Source: an archaeon (GTDB lineage: Archaea > Iainarchaeota > Iainarchaeia > Iainarchaeales > CSSED10-239). Taken from it: 32,000 bases of DNA. The stretch spans positions 1-32,000 of the forward strand of contig DAOOUC010000005.1 in assembly GCA_035390665.1 (NCBI GenBank), read 5' to 3'. Shown here in pieces: positions 14,917 through 23,711 of this stretch; positions within the stretch are counted from its first letter, which is position 1, and the number at the start of each line of letters is the position of its first letter. A model generated the notes under the pieces. That model made no database searches and had not been told where the DNA came from. It saw only the letters and a list, made by a program, of their open reading frames with translations. The position numbers were made by a program, and so were the translations under genes.

Positions 14917-15810
14917 TTATTTATTTTCTTTTAATCTTTTTTCTATTTCTGCAAAAACATCATTTATTTCAGAAACTGTGTGTGTTTTTGGCTTACTTTT
15001 AAATGCATTTTTTATAGACTCGAATAAGCCCTTTTTTGTTTCTTCTTTCTTTACAGACGGATATTTATTAAATGAAACTTTCTCTTCTTCAAATACATTC
15101 TTTTTCTTTTTGGAAAGATCATTAAAATTAATTGTAGAAGCTTCTCCTTTTACTGGTGGATTCTCATAATTTTTAGAAAGTAGGGAATTAATAATATTAA
15201 TTACCTTGTTTTGTTCTATCTTTGTCTCAGAGGCAAAAGGCAAATTTTGATTTTCCATTTTTTCTAAAACCGATATTGCTATATCTTTTGTAAATCCTTC
15301 ATCTAATATTGCTTGCTCTATTTCTTCTCTAGTATAATATTTTGCTTGAGATCTTAATAAATCAAATAAAAAATCAATTGTGTTCAATTTATGTTTTTCA
15401 AGTTTTGAACTTCTATTTTCTTGTTCTCTATTTTCTACTTCTTTTATCTTGTAAGATTGAAGTTGAACTTTATATTCTGGATATTTAGATAAATAAAGCA
15501 CAATATTTTCATACTCTTTTGCATAATTAAATTGAGCAAAGGAATATTCTTCAAAGGATATTTCTTTTCTAGAATATAGTTGGTCAATTTTACTCATTTC
15601 TTCTCTTATAATCTTATATCTTTTAAAATAAGATTTGGGATTACGAAATAACACAGGCATTAAATAAGCCACTAAAAACATAATTAAAATAAAAAAAAGA
15701 AAAAGAAAAATGTACGTGCTAAATTCATTTAATGTCTGCAACCATGACTGATTAATTGTATTTTCAGCAATTTGCTGACCAAAATATACATCTAAAAATA
15801 TCTTATCCAT
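14917..15810 (-). CDS. Hypothetical N-terminally membrane-anchored protein (297 aa)
   Basis: TM helix YIFLFLFFILIMFLVAYLMPVLF followed by a long charged helical tail. Contains a SHOCT-like segment (LYSRKEISFEEYSFAQ) and an EQAILDEGFTKDIAISVLEK motif. It is the last gene of the co-directional run 14917-18323. Confidence 0.6.
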   Translation of the reverse strand: MDKIFLDVYFGQQIAENTINQSWLQTLNEFSTYIFLFLFFILIMFLVAYLMPVLFRNPKSYFKRYKIIREEMSKIDQLYSRKEISFEEYSFAQFNYAKEYENIVLYLSKYPEYKVQLQSYKIKEVENREQENRSSKLEKHKLNTIDFLFDLLRSQAKYYTREEIEQAILDEGFTKDIAISVLEKMENQNLPFASETKIEQNKVINIINSLLSKNYENPPVKGEASTINFNDLSKKKKNVFEEEKVSFNKYPSVKKEETKKGLFESIKNAFKSKPKTHTVSEINDVFAEIEKRLKENK

Positions 15811-15821
15811 GGTTAAAAGAA

Positions 15822-16055
15822 TTAAACGGTCACAAGTATTACTGTGTCTCCTCTTAAGAATACTTCAACATATTTGGTTTTTACTTTTCCATTGTCTAAT
15901 TCTTCTGCATCTTCTAATACTATATTTAAGTGCACATCAAATGCTTTTAATTTTCCTCTTACCATTACATTTCCTTTTAACATAATCAATACTTGTTTAT
16001 TTAAAGAATTGTTAAGCATATCGAATGGTCTCGTTATTTTTAAATCGTTGTTCAT
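15822..16055 (-). CDS. Sm-like archaeal protein (LSm/SmAP)
   Basis: Sm1 (VLIMLKGNVMVRGKLKAFDVHLNIVLEDAEEL) and Sm2 (VFLRGDTVILV) motifs. AGGTGA lies 4 nt upstream of the ATG. Confidence 0.85.
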   Translation of the reverse strand: MNNDLKITRPFDMLNNSLNKQVLIMLKGNVMVRGKLKAFDVHLNIVLEDAEELDNGKVKTKYVEVFLRGDTVILVTV

Positions 16056-16081
16056 ATTTTCACCTTTTATTATTTCTCCTT

Positions 16082-16879
16082 TTATTTCTTTTTAAAAATA
16101 TTCTTCAGTGCTGTAAAAAATCCAGAAAATAATTTTTTCTTTTCTGGTTTTATATCAGTGTCAATTTCTTTGCCAGTTATTTTTCTAGCAACCGCTCTAA
16201 ATGAATTTGCGGCCGCACAACTTGGATTGTGCACTAATACGGGTTTAATTTTTTTTAATAAAAATGATTCTCTTATATCTTCAGAATAAGGGATTTTACC
16301 AAAAGAAGGCAACTCTAACATCTTCATGATTTCATTTTCAGAGATTTCTCCTTTAGTATTACTGTGCTTATTTATTATTACCCCCATTACCCTTTGATTT
16401 AATCTTTGAGCAACAATTTTTGCTTTAAATGCATCTGCAACGGATGGTGCCGTTGGTTCAGTAATTAACAAAATTTGAGTTGAAGCAGACATTGCAGCAA
16501 TTACATTCTTTTCTATGCCTGCTGGAGAATCAATTAAAATATAATCAAATTTTTTTTGAAGATCTCTAGTTATTGCAACCAATCTTTCAACATCTACTCT
16601 TGTATAAAAAGATATAGAAAGACCCGCAGGAATTATTTTTACTCCTGATGGTCCATCATAAATTGCATCTTGTGCAGGTGCTGAACCCAATAAAACATCA
16701 TGAATTGTAATTGGTGGAGTTTTTAATCCCATTAATAGACTTAAATTAGCCATAGCTAAATCAGCATCAATCATTAAAACAGAATATCCTAATTCTGCTA
16801 ATGCTATTCCTAAGTTCCCTGTAAGTGTTGTTTTCCCAACGCCTCCTTTCCCTGAAACTATTGCAATTATTTCTCCCAT
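16082..16879 (-). CDS. minD: MinD/ParA-family P-loop ATPase with C-terminal amphipathic helix
   Basis: Deviant Walker A SGKGGVGKTT directly after MGEIIAIV, plus MIDADLAMANL and a Walker B-like ILIDSPAGIE. The ORF track extends the gene to a TTG at 16915. I prefer the ATG at 16879 because it gives the canonical MinD N-terminus and has GTGA upstream. The C-terminus is KKKLFSGFFTALKNIFKKK. Confidence 0.85.
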   Translation of the reverse strand: MGEIIAIVSGKGGVGKTTLTGNLGIALAELGYSVLMIDADLAMANLSLLMGLKTPPITIHDVLLGSAPAQDAIYDGPSGVKIIPAGLSISFYTRVDVERLVAITRDLQKKFDYILIDSPAGIEKNVIAAMSASTQILLITEPTAPSVADAFKAKIVAQRLNQRVMGVIINKHSNTKGEISENEIMKMLELPSFGKIPYSEDIRESFLLKKIKPVLVHNPSCAAANSFRAVARKITGKEIDTDIKPEKKKLFSGFFTALKNIFKKK

Positions 16880-16902
16880 TTTTATTTCACATTTATATAA
16901 TT

Positions 16903-17349
16903 TTAAACGATACAATTTATAAAATTCTCTATTTCTTTAACAATTGTTAAAACTTCTATTCTTGAAAGTCCGTCGTTTGCTTTAATAAAATAAACTCTAT
17001 CTAGATTTTTAAAAATTATTTGCCAACCATTTGCTTCAATTAAAATTATAGACATATCTTTTATTTCTGAATTAATATAATTATACATTGCCGCACTTTT
17101 AAATCCTTCTTTTATGTCTTTGTTTGTACTTCCAATAATTATTCCATCAGTATCTGTTATTATTACATCATTAATTAGATGTTTTAATCTTAATTTTTGT
17201 AAAAAATCAGTCAAATCAGAAGAATGAATAAATATTGGCTTATATTCTAAAAGACTAGATATTGCATTTTCATTTTTTCTATCTTCAATATTTAATATTT
17301 TTGTTGATAATTTTGTAAAAAATTTTGTAAATAATGCCATTTTTGTCAC
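16903..17349 (-). CDS. Roadblock/LC7 (MglB-like) domain protein
   Basis: INDVIITDTDGIIIGSTNKD...AAMYNYI...SIILIEANGWQIIFKNLDRVYFIKANDGLSRIEV fits the Robl/LC7 pattern (v.d.dG..ia.....d....aA.......; ..i.ie...g.l.......l.v.a). A GTG start overlaps the upstream stop (GTGA); an alternative ATG is at 17340. This was judged by eye only. Confidence 0.55.
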   Translation of the reverse strand: MTKMALFTKFFTKLSTKILNIEDRKNENAISSLLEYKPIFIHSSDLTDFLQKLRLKHLINDVIITDTDGIIIGSTNKDIKEGFKSAAMYNYINSEIKDMSIILIEANGWQIIFKNLDRVYFIKANDGLSRIEVLTIVKEIENFINCIV

Positions 17350-17846
17350 TCTCTTAATAAATCATTTAAATTAAAATTATTTATAATTTCTTTATTAGAA
17401 ATTTCTGTTTTTATTTTGTCTGATAACAACAGTTCTATTTTCTTTTCATCATATTTTAAATTAATAAATATTGACTTTTTCTTTTTGTCAGAAATATTTA
17501 ATTGATATTTTATTTTTTCATTAAATAATAGAATTAATTTAATTTGATCTTGGGTGAGAGCAAAAATATTTAACATTCCTTTATTTAATCCATAACTGTT
17601 TAAACAATATAAAATTGCATCTTTGCCGTACAATTCAACATCATAACCAGTGATTAAAAAAATAGAACCTACAATTTGTCCTTTTGATAAAATAAGAATA
17701 GATTCTTCAAATCCGTATTTTCCTAGAACAGTCAAATAACAATACCCATCAAAATTTTTCTCACTTAAATCTAAAAATAATTTATGAGAATCAATCTTAT
17801 CCAATGGAACGTTTCTAACTATCGGATTAATTACAGGTAAATTCAT
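17346..17846 (-). CDS. Hypothetical protein, DUF4388/PatA-N-like pattern (166 aa)
   Basis: LFLDLSEKNFDGYCYLTVLGKYGFEESILILSKGQIVGSIF...LYGKDAILYCLNSYGLNKGMLNIFAL resembles the DUF4388-type layout (l..l....~tG.l.l......~~~i.~~~G.iv.A......G.~Al..ll....G.f.f). The assignment is weak. Confidence 0.4.
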   Translation of the reverse strand: MNLPVINPIVRNVPLDKIDSHKLFLDLSEKNFDGYCYLTVLGKYGFEESILILSKGQIVGSIFLITGYDVELYGKDAILYCLNSYGLNKGMLNIFALTQDQIKLILLFNEKIKYQLNISDKKKKSIFINLKYDEKKIELLLSDKIKTEISNKEIINNFNLNDLLRE

Positions 17847-17864
17847 ATATTTTAGCCTATTTTA

Positions 17865-18323
17865 TTATTTAATGAAAATCACTCTATCCACTGTGTTTTT
17901 TAAAGCAACCGCTGAGCCGTCTTCTACTAAATATACGACTGTTTTTTTGCCTTGTCTTTTTGCTTTTAAGATTGCAGGTAAATAATCTGAGTCTCTTGTT
18001 ATAAAGACAACCGTGTCTATCTCTTTGCTAAATGCTGCTTCTGTGGCATCAACTGCCATTGCAACATCAACATCTCCCACAGTTATTACACTTTCAAAAC
18101 CAATATTAACAACTGCTTCAATAAGTTTATCAGTTGCATATTGATCTAAATAAACTCTAGCAATCTTTAATGGCCCCTCTTTTTGCAATTGAGATTTAAT
18201 TTTGAATAAATCAATGTTAAATTCTTTCCTTAACATATTTGGCCCATCTACAAAAACTGCAATATTATTTCTATTTGATTCTTTGTGTTCTTTTTTAAAA
18301 AGCGATTTTAATATTTTAAACAT
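17865..18323 (-). CDS. NYN-domain (LabA/DUF88-like) putative ribonuclease
   Basis: IAVFVDGPNM..., then VGDVDVAMAVDATEAA, then VVFITRDSDYLPAILKAKRQGKKTVV. The acidic residues follow the arrangement typical of NYN/PIN-like nucleases. Confidence 0.75.
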   Translation of the reverse strand: MFKILKSLFKKEHKESNRNNIAVFVDGPNMLRKEFNIDLFKIKSQLQKEGPLKIARVYLDQYATDKLIEAVVNIGFESVITVGDVDVAMAVDATEAAFSKEIDTVVFITRDSDYLPAILKAKRQGKKTVVYLVEDGSAVALKNTVDRVIFIK

Positions 18324-18484
18324 TTTCTGTCAACTCTTTTTTTCTGTTAATTAATGCTATACTATTAAATATATTTGTGAATAGTATATTTATTGTTAAA
18401 CAAAACATATTTAAAATATATTTATACTTAAATATATAGTATTTTAATTTTAAATACGAATTTTTTATACAAATTGGTGAAATT

Positions 18485-18877
18485 ATGAGAGATTTTGAAA
18501 TAAAATTCATGTCCTTAGGACAAGTCAAAGAAAAACAATATATATTAATAGATGATGTAATTTGTAAAGTAGATACAATCACAAAATCAAAACCAGGTAA
18601 ACATGGTGCTGCAAAAGTTAGACTTACAGCAACTGCAGTATTTACTGGATCTAAAATGAATCTATTAAAACCAAGTTCAGAAGATGTAGAAATTCCTATT
18701 CTTGATAAAGGAAATGCACAAATTATTGCAGACCTTGGAAATAAATATCAAATAATGGATACAGCAAATTACCAAACATTAGAAGTGGACAAAGACGAAT
18801 TTACAGATTTAGTTTCTGGTTCTGAAATTGAATACCTTAAGGCCGGGTCTTTAATCAAAATATCAAGAAAGAAATAA
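18485..18877 (+). CDS. eif5a: Translation initiation factor 5A (aIF5A)
   Basis: Hypusination loop SKPGKHGAAKVRL and an OB-fold C-terminal half. GGTGA lies 4 nt upstream of the ATG at 18485, which supports the long start over the internal ATG at 18509. Confidence 0.9.
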   Translation: MRDFEIKFMSLGQVKEKQYILIDDVICKVDTITKSKPGKHGAAKVRLTATAVFTGSKMNLLKPSSEDVEIPILDKGNAQIIADLGNKYQIMDTANYQTLEVDKDEFTDLVSGSEIEYLKAGSLIKISRKK

Positions 18878-18906
18878 TTTCTTTCTTATATAAAATTGAT
18901 TATTAA

Positions 18907-19623
18907 ATGGCTACTGCATTAACTCATATTGCTTTTGTAAATGATTTAAAGAAAAATAATTCTGCTGTTTTTAAAAAATTAAATATTAATTTTGTTTATT
19001 CTGGTGCTTTATTTCCAGACTACTATGGTTTCTATAAAATTCAACTTAAAAAAAATTATGAGATTGAAAAAATTATAAAAAACAAAAATGGAATTGTATT
19101 TGGAAAAAAGATGCTTCGTATTGCACAAACAAAAGAAGAAAGATCTTTTGCAGTTGGATTTATTACTCATTCTGTTTTAGATGAATTCTTTCATAAATAT
19201 TTAAGAAAAATCAATGCGAGTATTGAAGAGCATCTTATGTTAGAGTTTTTTTATGATTGTAAATTTAGAAAACTAAAAATTCCTGTTGTTGTGTATCCTA
19301 CTAAACTTATAGAGAATACACTAAAAAAATATTATTCTGAAGAATTATATAAAAAAAAAGATATAACTAAGATTAAACTGTTTTTTTATTATTTGTTTTT
19401 AAAAGAAATTCAGACTCAAATTATTTATAAAAAATATTTAGACAAGAAAATGTCATATATAGATATTGTTTCTAAATTATTCTATAGAGGTCAATTTGAT
19501 TTAAGTAAATTATTACAACCAGATTTAGAATTTAAAAAAAAACATTTTAAAAATTTAGAAACAGCTTATGTTAAAGCACTAACAAAAAATCAAAAGATTT
19601 TAAATAAGTTAAATGTCAGTTAA
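18907..19623 (+). CDS. Hypothetical protein, possibly zinc-dependent phospholipase C-like family
   Basis: Pattern TALTHIAF...SGALFPDYYGF...FAVGFITHSVLDEFFH resembles uncharacterised Zn_dep_PLPC-family proteins (His/Asp metal ligands). Its 3' end overlaps pheT by 15 nt in convergent orientation. Confidence 0.4.
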   Translation: MATALTHIAFVNDLKKNNSAVFKKLNINFVYSGALFPDYYGFYKIQLKKNYEIEKIIKNKNGIVFGKKMLRIAQTKEERSFAVGFITHSVLDEFFHKYLRKINASIEEHLMLEFFYDCKFRKLKIPVVVYPTKLIENTLKKYYSEELYKKKDITKIKLFFYYLFLKEIQTQIIYKKYLDKKMSYIDIVSKLFYRGQFDLSKLLQPDLEFKKKHFKNLETAYVKALTKNQKILNKLNVS

Positions 19624-21282
19624 ATCTATTTCAAATGCAACTACTGGCATTGAATACTCAAAATTAACAATAACGCTTGGGTCCATTTCTCCAATGTGGC
19701 CCACAATTTTATCATTTATTAAAATATCAGCTGAACGCCCTTTTATATAAAATGGTTTTTCTGATTCTTTTAATTCTAAATGCAAACCAAAGACATTTAA
19801 TAATGATAGAACAACAGAAGACATTTCTGTAATACTTACTTTAGAATTTGCAGTCATTGCTGACAAGTATAGTTTTTGTTTTGCTCTGGTCTCTTCTTTA
19901 TTATCTGGAACGATAACATAATTACAAACAAAAATATTTTGTGGATAAGATATGTGTTGATTATTTTTTAAAATTTTAAATAATTTAGATAAGTGACTTG
20001 AAGAAATTATATCTATTTGCTTATCTTTAGAGTATCCCAATTCTATTGCTTGTTCTTTTTTATATTTTAAATTAAAATTATCAAAAGATTCTTTTTTACT
20101 GGATAATGATAATGGACTTACTTCAATAAAACCTAATTGAACCATTATATCTATTATATTTTCTTGTTTTATTGTCTCAGGTAAGATTGAACCGACAGTA
20201 AAAACTTTTGGTAATTTAAAATGAATATTATTATATCCATATGCTCTTGCGATATCATCTATAATGTCTACTTCATGTAGTACATCAGTTCTAAAAACCG
20301 GGATAGTTACTTCTATTTTATCTTTTCCAAATTTCTTACATTTATAATACATTTTTTCTAAAAGAGCGCATGCAGAATCAATATCAATATTTATACCTAT
20401 AAGAGAATTAATGTGGCTTAAAGAAATAAGTCTTTTTTCTTCTTCAAATAGAGGTGTTATTTTTGATTTAATATTGTATGCTTTATCATAATTTATTTCC
20501 ACACCGTGAATCTCTCCTCCAATATCTGAGAATACACAACAAATTATATTTAATATTTGATTCAATCTATTTATGTCAGAACCGGAACACTCAATAAATA
20601 CTTCTTTTGTATTTTCTGTAATTTTTCCTGTATCTTTTGAATTAATTATTGGTGGCATTGACAAAATTTGTTCTGTACTATCCATAAATACAGGATATTT
20701 ATCAAAAGACTCAAGAAGATAAGAATATTCTTTTCCTGTTTCTGTTTCTTTTAAAATATCTCTTCCATTCATTTCTTTTGATTCGCCTAAAGGCACAAAT
20801 AATATTTCTTCTGGCTTTTTTGCAACAAAAGAAATTGGAAAAGTTATTTTTTCCATAGGATATATGCCTATAGCAGCAATTGTTCTTTTTCTTCCTAAGG
20901 TTAAATGTAATTTTTCTTGAATATTAATTATTTGTTTTAATTTATCAGAATCTAATTTTAAATTCTTTATAACTGCACAAACACTGTGTGGTCTAACTTC
21001 TTTAACAGATTCTTTTATATTTAAAACATAATTGCTTTTTTTTACAGAATAGGTTTTTTGCTTTTCTACTCCGGTATATACTTTTAAAACTCTAAGTAAT
21101 CCTTCCTTTGATAATAAATCTACTCTTTCTGCAGTGACTTCTATCTTTATTTCGTTTGTATCTTTATTATAACTATCAATTTCTAAACCATAATTAAATA
21201 GCATTTCATCGAATTCTTCTAGAGAATAATCTTTATTCAATTCTTTTTTTATTTCTCTAAAATCTAAATCTATTGTTGCCAT
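19609..21282 (-). CDS. pheT: Phenylalanine--tRNA ligase beta subunit (archaeal type)
   Basis: Length 557 aa, immediately downstream of pheS. N-terminus MATIDLDFREIKKEL...LFNYGLEIDS with B3/4-, B5- and class II-like core arrangement (DIIDDIARAYGYNNI). Confidence 0.9.
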   Translation of the reverse strand: MATIDLDFREIKKELNKDYSLEEFDEMLFNYGLEIDSYNKDTNEIKIEVTAERVDLLSKEGLLRVLKVYTGVEKQKTYSVKKSNYVLNIKESVKEVRPHSVCAVIKNLKLDSDKLKQIINIQEKLHLTLGRKRTIAAIGIYPMEKITFPISFVAKKPEEILFVPLGESKEMNGRDILKETETGKEYSYLLESFDKYPVFMDSTEQILSMPPIINSKDTGKITENTKEVFIECSGSDINRLNQILNIICCVFSDIGGEIHGVEINYDKAYNIKSKITPLFEEEKRLISLSHINSLIGINIDIDSACALLEKMYYKCKKFGKDKIEVTIPVFRTDVLHEVDIIDDIARAYGYNNIHFKLPKVFTVGSILPETIKQENIIDIMVQLGFIEVSPLSLSSKKESFDNFNLKYKKEQAIELGYSKDKQIDIISSSHLSKLFKILKNNQHISYPQNIFVCNYVIVPDNKEETRAKQKLYLSAMTANSKVSITEMSSVVLSLLNVFGLHLELKESEKPFYIKGRSADILINDKIVGHIGEMDPSVIVNFEYSMPVVAFEIDLTDI

Positions 21283-21291
21283 TTTATCACA

Positions 21292-22785
21292 TTATTCTAT
21301 CGAAGGAACTATATATTCCCTTAACCACTCTATGTTTGCATCATTACCGTGTATATCTTTAATTGGTTTTTGATAAATAAACATTGCAAGTCTTTCAACT
21401 CCAAATCCCCATGCAATTACTGTTTTGTTGATCCCAAATGGTGCTAATGATTCTGGTCTAAATATTCCTGCATTAATTAATTCTATCCAAGTATTTGTTT
21501 TTTCATGATAACCACTTGCTTCAACACTTGGCTCTGTATATGGATTATATGTTGGTTTAAATCTTACTTTAGTTATCCCAAACTTACTAAAGAACTCTTT
21601 TATAAATGCCATTAAATCAGCTAAAGACAATTCATCACCAATAATAAATCCTTCAGCTTGATGAAATTCAGGTAAATGAGTGTAATCAATTGTTTCATTT
21701 CTAAAAACCTTATCAATACAGAAATACTTAGAATTTTCTTTTTCCTCTAAACTTAAATTATAGAATGTACGATAAGTTGTTGCAGTTGTGTGTGTTCTTA
21801 AAAGTAATTTCTTTGCAATCTGTTCATTCCAATCATATTGATATCCTTTAGAACCTGTTTTCCATCCGTTATTGTGTATTTCTGAAACCTTTAATATTAA
21901 ATCTTTATTTTTAGGTAAGTCTCCTGTTTCATTTAAATAAAAGGTATCTTGCATATCTCTTGCTGGGTGATTCTGAGAAATAAACATCGCATCCATATTC
22001 CAAAAACTAGTTTCAACATAAGGCCCTTTCATTTCTTTAAATCCCATTTGTAAATAAACATCTTTAATTCTTCTTGAAATTAATCTAAGTGGATGTAGTC
22101 GGCCCATTTCTTTAGCTGGAGGCAATTTAGTTACATCAAATTCTTTGAATTCTGTTGTTTTATACTTCTCTGTTCTTAACATCTCTGGGGTTAAATATAA
22201 TTCCTTATCTTCAAGTATTTCATAATTTATTATATTTAATAATTTATATTTCTTATTTTGTTTTTCTTTTTTAATAATAAATTCTTTTCTTTTTAGTAAG
22301 TCTTGTATTTGTGATTCTGAAATAATTTGATTATTTTTTATTGCATCTAATATCTTTTTTTGCTCTTCTACTATTTGCTTGTATTTTGAATCTACATTTA
22401 TTATTCCATTTTCTATAATTAAAAAACCTGCTTTTTTAGAGATACCAAATGCTAATGTAATATCTTCTTTCTTTAAATTTGGAATATTTAAATTATTTAA
22501 TTGAGACACATTAATTTTATTTGTTGACAAATAATCACAGAATCTCTCTTCTATAAAACCATTTTCTAATGCATCAATTCCATTTACGTCTAATTCGTAT
22601 ACATTATAATTTTCTGTAATTTCTTCTATTACCCCATTTAATTTCAGGGTTTCTATTGATCTTCTTATCTTGTCTTTTTGAGAATCAGTATTTAATATAT
22701 CATCTAAAGAAATCTCTTTTTCTTTTTTTATTAACTCATATACTTTTGCATCTATTTCTGTGAAATTCAAAACCATAAATACCAT
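21292..22785 (-). CDS. pheS: Phenylalanine--tRNA ligase alpha subunit (archaeal type)
   Basis: Class II motifs HPLRL..., FRNETIDYTHLPEFHQAEG (motif 2) and GFGVERLAMF (motif 3). N-terminal winged-helix repeats. Confidence 0.92.
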   Translation of the reverse strand: MVFMVLNFTEIDAKVYELIKKEKEISLDDILNTDSQKDKIRRSIETLKLNGVIEEITENYNVYELDVNGIDALENGFIEERFCDYLSTNKINVSQLNNLNIPNLKKEDITLAFGISKKAGFLIIENGIINVDSKYKQIVEEQKKILDAIKNNQIISESQIQDLLKRKEFIIKKEKQNKKYKLLNIINYEILEDKELYLTPEMLRTEKYKTTEFKEFDVTKLPPAKEMGRLHPLRLISRRIKDVYLQMGFKEMKGPYVETSFWNMDAMFISQNHPARDMQDTFYLNETGDLPKNKDLILKVSEIHNNGWKTGSKGYQYDWNEQIAKKLLLRTHTTATTYRTFYNLSLEEKENSKYFCIDKVFRNETIDYTHLPEFHQAEGFIIGDELSLADLMAFIKEFFSKFGITKVRFKPTYNPYTEPSVEASGYHEKTNTWIELINAGIFRPESLAPFGINKTVIAWGFGVERLAMFIYQKPIKDIHGNDANIEWLREYIVPSIE

Positions 22786-23594
22786 TACTTATTTTTTTTA
22801 CTTACAAATTCAAAATCTACAATTTCGTTAATTTGTTTTCTTGGTTTAATAACAGAGTGCTTTGTAATAAATTTTTTTATACCATTATTTACTCTATTTC
22901 TGAAAATCAATAAAATTAAAACAATTATAAGAATTATAAATAAAACTGTAAAATATGATTTGTTAAGATAATCTTTTGAAAAAATATTAGATACAACAAA
23001 TGTTGGCTTTGGTGGTTTTTTTTCAATTGCAATCAATCTTAATTCATTTGTAGAAATTCCACTCCAAATTATATTTCGATTATTTTGTGTTGCTTGAGGA
23101 GAAATGTCTCCTATAATCAAAGGATCATATAATGAAATTTCAACTTGGGATTCTTTAGGTATGTTGAATAAACCATTTACTACAAATTGCCTAAATAAGT
23201 TTTCATTAAATCTCCAAATTATTTGATCTTGATAATCCAAATATTTTATTAAACTTAAATCATATAATTCATATTCTATTCTTAATGAGGCATTAACTTC
23301 ATCAAAAGAAATTTTTATGTTTTTTATTTTGTCTTCATTAATATATATGTGCGGGGTAATGTCTGGATTTATTTTTTGTAGCTCTATTAAATCTGTACTA
23401 GATTTTAAAATCTTAGATTTAAAATCAGATAATTCAGATAAATCACCATAATTAATTTTCCAAATTTCTATAACTTTAGAGTTTGTTGGAGAATAAACCT
23501 CTACAGAAATGTCAAAACTATCTAAAGATAATGAGTATACGGGCATTAATAAAAATAACACCCCTATCAAAATCAATATGTGTTTTGTATTCAT
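22785..23594 (-). CDS. Hypothetical type I membrane protein (269 aa)
   Basis: Signal peptide/anchor MNTKHILILIGVLFLLMPVYS, an ectodomain of about 190 aa, a TM helix FTVLFIILIIVLILLIF, and a basic cytoplasmic tail. Its stop overlaps the pheS start (TAATG). Confidence 0.6.
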   Translation of the reverse strand: MNTKHILILIGVLFLLMPVYSLSLDSFDISVEVYSPTNSKVIEIWKINYGDLSELSDFKSKILKSSTDLIELQKINPDITPHIYINEDKIKNIKISFDEVNASLRIEYELYDLSLIKYLDYQDQIIWRFNENLFRQFVVNGLFNIPKESQVEISLYDPLIIGDISPQATQNNRNIIWSGISTNELRLIAIEKKPPKPTFVVSNIFSKDYLNKSYFTVLFIILIIVLILLIFRNRVNNGIKKFITKHSVIKPRKQINEIVDFEFVSKKNK

Positions 23595-23711
23595 AATTTA
23601 CTTCTTTTAATGTTTATTAATATAATATATTGTATAATAATATTTATAAAAACCAAGTATTTACCTTTTTTAGAACAATGCTTTATATACTTTTGCAACC
23701 TTACATTATAT

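Noticed and set aside
16880-16915. TTG-initiated 12-aa extension of MinD
   Set aside because: The canonical MinD N-terminus (M-x-x-I-I-x-V-x-SGKGGVGKT) begins at the ATG at 16879, which has an upstream GTGA. The extension would overlap the Roadblock gene by 13 nt. It cannot be fully excluded.
18316-18582. 88-aa minus-strand ORF spanning the NYN/aIF5A divergent intergenic region
   Set aside because: It covers an AT-rich promoter spacer and overlaps both the aIF5A 5' end and the NYN start. The translation is Ile/Asn/Phe/Cys-rich nonsense with no SD.
19609-19623. 15-nt convergent 3' overlap between ORF 18907-19623 and pheT
   Set aside because: This is consistent with the general genome compaction seen throughout the window, and I saw no additional signal.
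23580-23711. 44-aa N-terminal extension of the MBL-fold hydrolase suggested by the ORF track
   Set aside because: The extension (MFCIHNLLLLMFINIIYCIIIF...) overlaps the divergent gene 22785-23594 and the likely promoter. MSLKIKYLGHSSF at 23712 is the canonical start of this family.
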